Assembly (NCBI GenBank): GCA_963762095.1 | Contig: CAVXJI010000004.1 | Coordinates: 153-64,152, forward strand | Direction of reading: 5' to 3' | Origin: an uncultured bacterium | GTDB lineage: Bacteria; Babelota; Babeliae; Babelales; Babelaceae | DNA: 64,000 nt | Shown: piece by piece, positions 46,866 through 55,822 of the stretch | Position numbering within the stretch: position 1 is the stretch's first letter | Layout: every line of letters begins with the position of its first letter | Notes under the pieces: model-generated | The model's database searches: none | Seen by the model: only the letters and a program-made list of their open reading frames with translations | What the model was told of the DNA's origin: nothing | Translations under genes and position numbers: made by a program

Positions 46866-48308
46866 TTAGATTACTTTAACAGCCCGCAATTCGAGAGCTT
46901 TTTTCAATTTTTTCATACTCGACTCGCTCAATGCACTATACTTAAATCCAATCTCCTCAATGTAAGGCATCGCGAGAAACACCTCCGGGTCTATATCAGT
47001 ATGAGGATACCCGGATATCATCATGCGTTTTACAGAAAGGCCCGCAAATGCTCCGGCATTTAAAGGTGCCGCATCATAACCAAAGTAAAGGTGTAATTTT
47101 CTTAGTGGATTATAAGGGGTATTTCCTACCAACCCATTAAAGGCACCCGGCTCTATGGATTCTATATATTCACCTATATAAATGTCCTTTACTCTTAATC
47201 CAATAAAGGCTGCCGAAGAAATATGTCTTAAGTTATTTGAGGTTAGCTCTAATTCGTCGATGCTCAAGCCACTAAAGGCCCTATCCTCAATTTCAAGTAC
47301 GGCTCTAGGACCAGAATAATAAGAAGGATAATCACCAGGCTTTGGATTCTGCGTTAATATGAACTTTGTTAATTGTCTGCCTTCAAAATCGATAAATGTG
47401 TTAGCTTTTATTCGTTTTACATAATTACGAGAAAAATCTATTTCCTTTAAATCTTTAAAAATAAGTAAAGGACGTAATATTTCAGCAGAAATGGTATCAA
47501 AGGCATTGTTATTAATACACACTGAATAAACCGAACCAAAATACGAGCTTTTATTTGTTAAAACTGATTTAATCGTCTCTAAACCTTCCAAATTATTAAG
47601 CTGAAGGCCTCTGAGATTCAATATCACTCTCTCTCTGCCCCGCTCTATTCTTTCTTCAAAAATCTCAGGAGTACAATCAAGACAATCTTTTATTGAAAGT
47701 CCCCATAAGGAAGCCATATCCAGTGGGCACATGGCTGACCTTGCCTCTGGAGACGCAATCAGAATAAAATAGCGAGAAACTTGCTTTAGAAAACGGTCAA
47801 CATTGAATTTTGAGAATTCTCTTGATAACTGTTCTTTTAGCTCATTATATTTTTTTTGCTGTTGATTCCTACCCTCAAGCAAATTTTTTATAACACATAA
47901 ATATGCAAAGTCCAAAATGGGATCAGAGCCTAAATAGTTTGCAAATCTTAGGAACTGATAAGGGTCCGATATCTTTACTTCTTGTAAAAGTGCATCTGAA
48001 AGAGCCTTGCCTTTACTGTCCTTATGATAAAATAAGGACCATGAAAGAGTAGCCAATTCACTAATAAGCTTTGAAGACCAATCAAGAGGAATTGGTGCTT
48101 CCCACCCCAGGTCTTCTATCAAATTCTTAATTGTTTCAGATGTTATAGCAATTTCTCGAGACACTTCGTACTTATCCCCTTCATCATTGCCGATAAGAGT
48201 AATTACATTACCGCTAAATGGTTCTGTTGCTTTTTCAGCAGCTTTCTCACACGCTTGCAGGCTGCAGGTCATAAAGATGGTGGCAAGCAAGATAAGGCGG
48301 ATGGTCAT
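46866..48308 (-). CDS. Secreted/lipoprotein-like Skp1-like (POZ) domain fused to BspA-type leucine-rich repeats
   Basis: 480 aa. Leader is MTIRLILLATIFMTCSLQAC. ITLIGNDEGDKYEVSREIAITSETIKNLIEDLGWEAPIPLDW...YHKD...FANYLGSDPILD parallels SKP1. The C-terminal half has LRR_5-like units (IEDRAFSGLSIDELELTSNNLRHISSAAFIGL...). Confidence 0.65.
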   Translation of the reverse strand: MTIRLILLATIFMTCSLQACEKAAEKATEPFSGNVITLIGNDEGDKYEVSREIAITSETIKNLIEDLGWEAPIPLDWSSKLISELATLSWSLFYHKDSKGKALSDALLQEVKISDPYQFLRFANYLGSDPILDFAYLCVIKNLLEGRNQQQKKYNELKEQLSREFSKFNVDRFLKQVSRYFILIASPEARSAMCPLDMASLWGLSIKDCLDCTPEIFEERIERGRERVILNLRGLQLNNLEGLETIKSVLTNKSSYFGSVYSVCINNNAFDTISAEILRPLLIFKDLKEIDFSRNYVKRIKANTFIDFEGRQLTKFILTQNPKPGDYPSYYSGPRAVLEIEDRAFSGLSIDELELTSNNLRHISSAAFIGLRVKDIYIGEYIESIEPGAFNGLVGNTPYNPLRKLHLYFGYDAAPLNAGAFAGLSVKRMMISGYPHTDIDPEVFLAMPYIEEIGFKYSALSESSMKKLKKALELRAVKVI

Positions 48309-48495
48309 TGTATATCTCCCTTAATCATTATTTATTTTATATTTGAAATATAACAAATAAATCTTTAAAGGTCAATCACGATCGTTTTAAAGACATTTAT
48401 AAGCCTATAGTCCCGGAAAACTCAAGAAATGTATGTTTCTATCAGTTTCAGTTAAATCGCCGATGCACAGGGACTTTTTTCAAATCTTCTCATAA

Positions 48496-48545
48496 AAAGA
48501 GCCGGCTCTTTCTGAGATCTGCTCATAGAAAGAACCGGCTCTTTT
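48496..48545 (-). terminator. Tandem pair of palindromic hairpins after the SPFH gene
   Basis: aaaagagccggctctttt and agaaagaaccggctctttt are two copies of a ~27-nt unit. On the minus strand the downstream hairpin (the 48496..48511 copy) is followed by a T-run. Confidence 0.6.
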
Positions 48546-48575
48546 ATAGACTTAATACATTTTAAGCGGACCTAA

Positions 48576-49568
48576 TTATTGTATTTCGCCGAGCAATTTT
48601 TTAACTGCGGCTATTGAGCCACTCAGGCCGGCAGCCTCGTAAGGCACAACAATCAGTTTATTATCTTTACCTTCCATCATCTGAGGAAGAGTTTTGATAT
48701 ATTGGACCGCGGCTAAGTAAGAAAGAGCATCCTGCCCTGGAGCAGCCTTTTTAATAACCTCAATCGCTTTTGCTTCTGCATCAGCTATTTTCATGCGAGA
48801 TTCCGCTTCACCCTGAGCATTAATTACGCGAGACTCAGCGGCACCACGAGCTTTTAATATACTCGATTCTCGTTCACCCTCTGCTTGCAAAATAGCTGCT
48901 TGCTTGAGACCTTCAGATTCGATAATAATAGCACGTCGGTCCCGTTCTGCTCGCATCTGTTTTTCCATGGCTATACGAATGTCAGCTGGTGGATTTACTT
49001 CCTGGACCTCAACACGGTTAACCTTAACACCCCATTTATCGGCAGCTTCCTCTAAAATAACACGCAATTTTTCATTAATGGCGTCACGAGAGGTAAGCGT
49101 TTCATCAAGGTCTAATGAACCAATCACGTTACGCAACGTTGTTTGCGTAAATTTTTCAATTGCCTCAGGCAAATTATAGACTTCGTAAATAGCCGCTTTT
49201 GGATCGGTAATTTGATAATAGACAAGCGCATTAATTTCTAAGCTCACGTTATCTTTTGAAATAACATTTTGCTTAGGGAAATCATGCACACTTTCCCGCA
49301 AGTCGATGCGATAAAGCGTTCTTGTATACCGATAAAAGCGCTTGTCAGGCCCCAAACTAAAATGGCTCCATACCACTTCACGAGGCCGCTCTATAATAGG
49401 CATTACGATATGCAGTCCGGGCCCTAAAACACGATCATAGCGGCCCAGGCGCTCAATTATTATTGCTTCCGCCTGTTGCACCAAGCAGACTGACTTATAG
49501 ACCACAATAAGACAGATCACGGCAACGATAACAAGAAAAATGGGTAACCCCAAAAAATAACCAAACAT
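48576..49568 (-). CDS. SPFH/band-7 (stomatin-like) protein
   Basis: 330 aa. N-terminal TM, then CLVQQAEAIIIERLGRYDRVLGPGLHIVMP and a coiled Ala/Glu-rich C-terminal half. Confidence 0.88.
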   Translation of the reverse strand: MFGYFLGLPIFLVIVAVICLIVVYKSVCLVQQAEAIIIERLGRYDRVLGPGLHIVMPIIERPREVVWSHFSLGPDKRFYRYTRTLYRIDLRESVHDFPKQNVISKDNVSLEINALVYYQITDPKAAIYEVYNLPEAIEKFTQTTLRNVIGSLDLDETLTSRDAINEKLRVILEEAADKWGVKVNRVEVQEVNPPADIRIAMEKQMRAERDRRAIIIESEGLKQAAILQAEGERESSILKARGAAESRVINAQGEAESRMKIADAEAKAIEVIKKAAPGQDALSYLAAVQYIKTLPQMMEGKDNKLIVVPYEAAGLSGSIAAVKKLLGEIQ

Positions 49569-49583
49569 AATAAATCCTTTATG

Positions 49584-50027
49584 TTAACAATGCCCTTTAA
49601 TTTTTTTTACTTTCAGATGCGAACCGGCACTCCCTAGTATTTCTACCATTTCCCCCTTTTCAATCATGCCTTCATCCACACTGGCTGCTGACCATATCTC
49701 ACCCTCTATTTTAACCCATCCCTTTTTGCATGATGAAATAGTTTCAGTAACAACACCCTTCTTTCCTTGTAATGCATAGACGTTACTTTTATGGAGGGTA
49801 TCTTTTGAAACACGCTTAACGAGGCGGGTAAGAAGGAGAAAGGATACAACCGAAATACCAAAAAAGAGCATAAATTCAGTGGTTATACCCAGCCCAAAAT
49901 AGGCTCCCAAAGCGGCACCAAAAAGACCGATTGAAAATGAAAGGAAGTAGAATAACCCTGGGGAAAGTACTATCTCAATAAGCGCGCTTACAGCGGCGAT
50001 CAAAAGCCATACAAAAGTGTTATCCAT
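49584..50027 (-). CDS. NfeD-family membrane protein
   Basis: 147 aa. Three TM segments plus a C-terminal OB-like GWVKIEGEIWSA. It sits directly upstream of the SPFH gene, the canonical pairing. Confidence 0.8.
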   Translation of the reverse strand: MDNTFVWLLIAAVSALIEIVLSPGLFYFLSFSIGLFGAALGAYFGLGITTEFMLFFGISVVSFLLLTRLVKRVSKDTLHKSNVYALQGKKGVVTETISSCKKGWVKIEGEIWSAASVDEGMIEKGEMVEILGSAGSHLKVKKIKGHC

Positions 50028-50174
50028 AGAAACCTCGTTATAGTTATCACATAGAACAATGTCAAAATCTTTCCGAACTCTAACCAGCTTCTTGATACTA
50101 CTATACCATATTGTTGCCTAATCGTAAATAAGGGCCAGCCGAATGGCCAGCCCCTTTACTCAATTAGGTGATTT

Positions 50175-51866
50175 CTAACCTCGTTGTTCTCGTATAAATT
50201 TAGACTCTTCACCCGTCCTGCCGAGTCCAGTGAGGTATATTTCCTCTGCAATGGGCTGTTCCCCTAACTTCATTGCGAGTGCATAAGGCGTTTCACCTGC
50301 TTTATTTCTTGAGCGAACCGAGGCTCCATGTGCAAGCAAATATTTTACCGTATCGGGTTGTCTCCCTTTAATTGCCTCAAGTAATGCTGAATTACCCTCA
50401 GCATCCTGGGAGTTAACCGGTGTCTTTTTAAGCAATCCTTCAAGAACAGGTATCTTGCCAGCAAATGCTGCTTTGCCCAGTTCCTTTGCCGCATCTTGTT
50501 GCTTTTTTGTCATCGGTTCTAAAAGAGCAACAATCTCGCCAAAATTTTTATTTCGAGCACTCTCAAGCGCTGTTTCGCCATCTTCATCTAAACGAGTGGT
50601 ATCTGCACCATAAGCAAGTAGAAGCCTTACAAAAGGCACAATACGTCTATTTGCTGCGGCCAGAAGAGGAGTCGTTGCGCCAAATCCGTAATTAGGATCC
50701 GCTCCATGCTTGAGAAGAAGCTCACCTATCTCCGGATCTTGAAATTCGCTCATAAAAAGCTCTGTGAAAGGCGTAACACCTTCTAGGCTATAATTAGGAT
50801 TCGCTCCCGCATCAAGAAGCAGTTGTATGCTCTTCTTATCCTTAGCGTATCTCAGTTCTCTACCAGTCTTTGCATCTGCATGATGATCAAGAAGAAGCTT
50901 TATAAATTCAGGGCCTTTTCTTGTTGCCGCACCGAGCGGGAAAATTGTTCCCTCATCTCCAAACTGACTCACCGCATTGGGATCAGCTTTATGCTTTAAG
51001 AGGGCTTCAACAATAGCTAGATTCCCTCCATCTATCGCATCCACCAGCGGTGTCGTTACCATATAGCGAGGCTCGATAGACAGTTGCATCCTATTCGGGT
51101 CAGCACCAAAGTATAAAAGCTCTTCTACTGCAATGGTATTGTTTCTACTAATTGCTTCATCAAGGAGGGAATTCTTGCCCGCTCTGCCGTTTGGGTTGGC
51201 ACCACAGGCTAAAAGCGTTGTTATAAAATCGGTACGATCCTCTGTAACTGCAGAACTGAGTGCATCATCAAAGCTGCCCGAGCTGGCAATAAAAGAGCGC
51301 AAAGAGGCTAGCTCTTCAGGAAGGTTCATGGTGGGCTTTTCTGATGTAAGGCTAGCTTTCAACGCCTGACATTTAAGGGATTTTGGATTACGAGGAGGTC
51401 TTCTATCCCAAGAAGGAGCATGTAGTCCGACTAAATAGGCAACGGTTGCTGCGCGATCTTTTTCGGGAGTAACATGTTTTGCAAGATCCAAAGGACTCCT
51501 ATCCCTATAATCTGCTGCTTGGACGTTAAGATCTGCTCCCGCCTTGACAGCAAGCTTTACAAGCTGAAGATCACCATTTACCACACCCCATATGAGTGCA
51601 TTATCGCGTACTTTTTGAGCAAATAATTCGGCCGTGCGAATCATACGCTCGTAAGCCGGCCTTTCTGCTTCACTTGCTCCCGAAGGTATCGGTGGCACGA
51701 GGCCACGGAAATAATCTTCCGCAGCAGCATAATCTTTTTTTGCAATCGCGGATTTAAGAATATAAGGATCAAAAGGGTTTTGAAGCGGTTGAGGCGCCAT
51801 TGAATAGAGTGACCCAACAAGTACAGCTCCTGACAAACATAGGATAGAAAAGATACGAGTTTTCAT
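50175..51866 (-). CDS. Secreted ankyrin-repeat protein
   Basis: The ATG at 51866 (MKTRIFSILCLSGAVLVGSLYSMAPQ) follows GGGAG. There are at least 8 ANK units, e.g. TTPLLAAANRRIVPFVRLLLAYGADT and NSALLEAIKGRQPDTVKYLLAHGASV. Confidence 0.85.
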   Translation of the reverse strand: MKTRIFSILCLSGAVLVGSLYSMAPQPLQNPFDPYILKSAIAKKDYAAAEDYFRGLVPPIPSGASEAERPAYERMIRTAELFAQKVRDNALIWGVVNGDLQLVKLAVKAGADLNVQAADYRDRSPLDLAKHVTPEKDRAATVAYLVGLHAPSWDRRPPRNPKSLKCQALKASLTSEKPTMNLPEELASLRSFIASSGSFDDALSSAVTEDRTDFITTLLACGANPNGRAGKNSLLDEAISRNNTIAVEELLYFGADPNRMQLSIEPRYMVTTPLVDAIDGGNLAIVEALLKHKADPNAVSQFGDEGTIFPLGAATRKGPEFIKLLLDHHADAKTGRELRYAKDKKSIQLLLDAGANPNYSLEGVTPFTELFMSEFQDPEIGELLLKHGADPNYGFGATTPLLAAANRRIVPFVRLLLAYGADTTRLDEDGETALESARNKNFGEIVALLEPMTKKQQDAAKELGKAAFAGKIPVLEGLLKKTPVNSQDAEGNSALLEAIKGRQPDTVKYLLAHGASVRSRNKAGETPYALAMKLGEQPIAEEIYLTGLGRTGEESKFIREQRG

Positions 51867-52097
51867 TATTACTCCCATAATTAGAATTTATAGAGGCTTA
51901 TTTTCTAATTATACCAAGAAACATTTTCATACTGCAATAATCTCTCTGTATAATATTTGCTCGGCAACACCCTTTCTACTATGATTCTCTTTAATGAGTA
52001 GATCCCAATAATTGACATTATTCACAACTCCCATTGCGGTCTTAATAAAGTCATGCTAAAATAAATAATACTTTTTGATAATTAAAAAAAGGAAACA

Positions 52098-52721
52098 ATG
52101 CATAGACTCTTTTTAGCCCTCTTTCTTATCCTACCTGGTACAATGGTATGCATGCAGCCTGATGTTGCCATAAAAACGTTAAACTTCGCATTTAAGCCTC
52201 TTGTCCAGGCTGATTTCGCACTACTCTTTAAATGGTTCCAGCAACCATACATCGCAAAGCTATGGAAAGAGCCGCAGGAATGGGATTTCTTTAAAGATAA
52301 ATTTACTGCGCGGCTCGGCTCGATTGATACTTTTTCTTTCATCGCGTACCTCAATGATCGCCCTATCGGGTATATTCAATACCATCTCGTGAACGATGAC
52401 GATCGCACGCTATTTCCTGACATTTCGCTACCACTAAATAGTGTTGGCATTGATCTTTTTATAGGAGAACCCGATTGTCTTAATAGGGGTTATGGCACAA
52501 AATTATTGGCCGATTTTATTGAGCATATCAAAAAATTAGAACCAAACTGTATGAAAATAATCATTGATCCAGCTCCAGATAACCACCGCGCAATTGCCTG
52601 CTACCAAAAAGTTGGATTTAAAACCAAAGGCACGTACATGACTCCCTACGGTCCAACAGGATCAGGGCCGGGAGAAATACTTCTGATGGTATATCAGATG
52701 CCTAAAATTCTTTACAAATAA
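52098..52721 (+). CDS. GNAT N-acetyltransferase of the AAC(6')-Ib-like / Acetyltransf_8 type, with an N-terminal hydrophobic leader
   Basis: 207 aa. FKPLVQADFALLFKWFQQPYIAKLW...IGYIQYH...GIDLFIGEPDCLNRGYGTKLL...IIIDPAPDNHRAIACYQKVGF parallels AAC(6')-Ib block for block (from my memory of that sequence). Confidence 0.7.
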   Translation: MHRLFLALFLILPGTMVCMQPDVAIKTLNFAFKPLVQADFALLFKWFQQPYIAKLWKEPQEWDFFKDKFTARLGSIDTFSFIAYLNDRPIGYIQYHLVNDDDRTLFPDISLPLNSVGIDLFIGEPDCLNRGYGTKLLADFIEHIKKLEPNCMKIIIDPAPDNHRAIACYQKVGFKTKGTYMTPYGPTGSGPGEILLMVYQMPKILYK

Positions 52722-52794
52722 AGTTTTTTTGCTAAACTGAATATATAAAAATTAAGTAAACACATTACTCTTTTCCATCTTATATAAGGTAAAC

Positions 52795-54483
52795 ATGGTT
52801 AGCAAAAAAGCTCTTATTCTATCCCTCTTTCTATCGATGCCCATTTACGCAATGGAAAAATTGGATAGACGCGAAACAGTGGCGAGTTTAAAAGACCTTT
52901 GCATCAAAAAGGTGCTTAGTTTAACGCAAGATTTCCCACTTACTAGTTTAAATTCAGAATTTGTCGACCATCTTATTCCGCATATAAAGGCTGACTTTCG
53001 ATTCCGACTTGTTGGACTTCTCCCTGGCGCAAGCCTTAAAGTCTTCTCCGATTATTTTGCCTGGCATCCTGACGGAAATTCATTGCAAACAAGCGGAGAA
53101 TCGGACCTCAGGCTTACAAAATTTTCGGGCCACACTGCGAGTAGCGAAGATGTAACAATTCATCATGATGATTATGGGAATATCACCGCCGGAGCATGGA
53201 GCCCGGACGGCCAATGTGCTCTCACGTCTTCAGCGGAGAACCTCAGATTGTGGGATTGCAGTACCAAGAGCTCAATCGAAATTTTTCGTTACGATGGCGA
53301 TTTTTCTGATGGCGCCCTTGAGATTAAATGGAATGCTGCAGGTACACATGCCTTTATTATACCATTTATCGGCCCCTTCCTTCTCTTTGATCTAACAAAT
53401 AAACAAGCTCCTACCCATACAGAGCATGAAGATGGCGACGAACCGGGTGCGGAAGATGAAAACCAGGGCTCTCTTAAGGCAGCCTGGAATCCCATTGAGG
53501 ACTATATCCTCTCAGCCTATGAATATCAAAATGCACTCAAGCTTTGGGATATGCGAGATAAGAAACATTGCACCTTTATAAAACTCGAGGGCCATACTGA
53601 GGCTATCAATCAATTTGCTTGGTGCCCCGATGGCTCTTGTGCTCTTTCTGCATCCAAGGATAAGACTCTCAGATTGTGGGCTTTACCAGAGAAAGAAAAT
53701 TGCCATGCAATTAAGCACGCGAAAAAAGATTATCCTTCGCTTATACTTGAAGGACACACAGACGCAGTAACGTGTGTTTCATGGAGTAATGCGAACTACG
53801 CTCTTTCTGGTTCTGCGGATACAACGCTCAGGCTCTGGGATTTACATGATAGGGAAAATGGCCGGTCAATAAGACTGGATGGACATGCCAGGCCGATTAC
53901 CGCCGTTGACTGCAGCCCTGATGGCACCTGCGCTGTTTCTGGCGACACCGAGGGTTCTGTAAGATTCTGGGACCTAAGAAATAAGCAAAAAATTACTTCC
54001 GCCATCCTGCTCAACCATACAGGCACACCGATTAAAGCTATAAGTTGGAATGCAACAAGTTCCAGGGTCCTTATAAGCTATGGAGACTGTTTCAAAATAT
54101 TTCATATCGACGCGTGCCGGGAGGATTCGTCGCAGGACATACTTATGCTCAACACTACCATTTCCACCCTCTGCACAGAGTTTAAATCGGTACTTGCTTC
54201 ATTACCCAATCAAGATGAAAAATATATTTCTGAATTGAGAAAGCTCTTTTTCACTTTCTATGTTACCGGAAAAAAAGCGACCTCTGGTACTTACAACAAG
54301 ACAGACGAAAAAATGTTGGCTGCTGGTTTGAGAACTCTAGGTACCTTCGTGCATCGCGTTGAAGGGGCAGGCAAGGGACTCCCTCTACCATTCAGAGCTC
54401 TCACATTGAGCTTGTATCACATTGTATGGGAAAAGGTGACAGAAACTTCGATGGCTTGCAAACAAATCGCGAAGCAATCCTAA
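52795..54483 (+). CDS. Secreted WD40-repeat protein with an N-terminal SOCS/BC-box-like motif
   Basis: 562 aa. Leader ends IYAMEKL. WD units include LEGHTEAINQFAWCPDGSCALSASKDKTLRLWAL, LEGHTDAVTCVSWS...SGSADTTLRLWDL and LDGHARPITAVDCSPDGTCAVSGDTEGSVRFWDL. The N-terminal region reads SLKDLCIKKVLSLTQDFPLTSL. Confidence 0.85.
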   Translation: MVSKKALILSLFLSMPIYAMEKLDRRETVASLKDLCIKKVLSLTQDFPLTSLNSEFVDHLIPHIKADFRFRLVGLLPGASLKVFSDYFAWHPDGNSLQTSGESDLRLTKFSGHTASSEDVTIHHDDYGNITAGAWSPDGQCALTSSAENLRLWDCSTKSSIEIFRYDGDFSDGALEIKWNAAGTHAFIIPFIGPFLLFDLTNKQAPTHTEHEDGDEPGAEDENQGSLKAAWNPIEDYILSAYEYQNALKLWDMRDKKHCTFIKLEGHTEAINQFAWCPDGSCALSASKDKTLRLWALPEKENCHAIKHAKKDYPSLILEGHTDAVTCVSWSNANYALSGSADTTLRLWDLHDRENGRSIRLDGHARPITAVDCSPDGTCAVSGDTEGSVRFWDLRNKQKITSAILLNHTGTPIKAISWNATSSRVLISYGDCFKIFHIDACREDSSQDILMLNTTISTLCTEFKSVLASLPNQDEKYISELRKLFFTFYVTGKKATSGTYNKTDEKMLAAGLRTLGTFVHRVEGAGKGLPLPFRALTLSLYHIVWEKVTETSMACKQIAKQS

Positions 54484-54847
54484 AGTTTGCCGAACGATTT
54501 TTCTAACTCTATTTTAACTCGGACACATTTTGGCATCCGAGCACGACTGTGTTAAAGCCTGAGTAATGATTAGGACCATTAGGTGGGGGAATCGAATAAT
54601 ATAAAAGATTTTTTTCGCTTCTAGAACAATAAGCGGATAAGTTCATTGCTTACAAATCATATTCAAGAAGCTGGCTCTCCAACGCGAAAAAAATAAAAGA
54701 TCTCGTATTGCTCATAAGAATCTGACAAGTATTCGTTGTACTATACATTCACCAATCAAGCCTCTTTGACTAAAAAATTTTTAAATTGTATTATAAACGC
54801 AATAGTACGTCTCCCGATTCATTTTGTTTTATAAAAGGATTTTCGAT

Positions 54848-55669
54848 ATGATCACGCTAGCCAAAAAATTCATTCCCGTTTTATTCACGTTTTTTCTCGC
54901 AATCAATTATGCTGAGCACATTGCTTGCATGGATCTACCGGCTAGTGCGGAAAGACCGGCAACAGAGAATATAGCAACCAGCGCGGAACAACCGGCAACA
55001 TTAGACGAATGCTCTATCTGTCGTGAACAATTGCCCTCGAGCATAGCAGCTGCAAGCGCTATCTTAACGCTTAATTGCAAACACCAAACCCATAAAGTAT
55101 GCAGTGAAAAATATTACAGAGGTCAAATTTTGGAGAAGGAAAATGTCGCGCTTCTCTGCACGCTATGTAGACACCCGCTTGACTCGGAAGACCTTCAAAA
55201 GCTCGATCAAGCAATCTCATTAGAGGATACGCTCACTTTTTTAAAAGCGCGCGTTGCTCCCTTGCTCATGAATGAACAAAATATGTATGTGTTTGAAGAA
55301 GCTTTCAGCGCACTATCGCGCGTTCAGCAGCTTAATCCTACGCTTAAACATCAATTAGAGCTCTTAAGATTACATTTCATGCTTTTTGCTCGCCACGAAA
55401 TCAATCGCAACATGGCAGCTGCAGCACCAGGGGGCGGCCTTCAACTAGACAGCATCCTCAATCTCAGTCCCGAAAGATTGAATGCATTGCAAGAACCCAT
55501 GACCAGGCTACTACAAAACGTTGCCAGAGGAACAGTAAGGGAGATATCCTATCAAATAAGCGATAGAATATACAATCATCGCAGAATGATTCTAGCAATA
55601 TCATTAGCCTTCTATGTGCACTATTATTTGCTTCCTATTATAATAGGTAAGTTTTTTAGTTCACATTAG
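54848..55669 (+). CDS. RING-H2 finger protein with N-terminal leader and C-terminal TM anchor
   Basis: The track ORF starts at a TTG (54824). The ATG at 54848 follows AAGGA. CSICREQL-x-LNCKHQTHKVC-x-CTLCRHP fits C-x2-C...C-x-H-x2-H-x2-C...C-x2-C. The C-terminal TM is MILAISLAFYVHYYLLPIIIGKFF. Confidence 0.75.
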   Translation: MITLAKKFIPVLFTFFLAINYAEHIACMDLPASAERPATENIATSAEQPATLDECSICREQLPSSIAAASAILTLNCKHQTHKVCSEKYYRGQILEKENVALLCTLCRHPLDSEDLQKLDQAISLEDTLTFLKARVAPLLMNEQNMYVFEEAFSALSRVQQLNPTLKHQLELLRLHFMLFARHEINRNMAAAAPGGGLQLDSILNLSPERLNALQEPMTRLLQNVARGTVREISYQISDRIYNHRRMILAISLAFYVHYYLLPIIIGKFFSSH

Positions 55670-55822
55670 CTCATAATAAAAACAAGTCTCATAGGCAGCC
55701 CAATGAACGGGTAATCGGCCACTCATGCTCATCCGCTAGATAGGCATATCTTGGAAAATTATACCCAGCAATGCTATGCTAGTAATGTTAACAGCTAGCA
55801 ACAAAGGCCGAGCACGCTACCT

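Noticed and set aside
50120-50170. Apparent hairpin gggccagcc...ggccagcccc after the ankyrin gene
   Set aside because: On inspection the two arms are direct repeats, not inverted, so they do not form a terminator stem.
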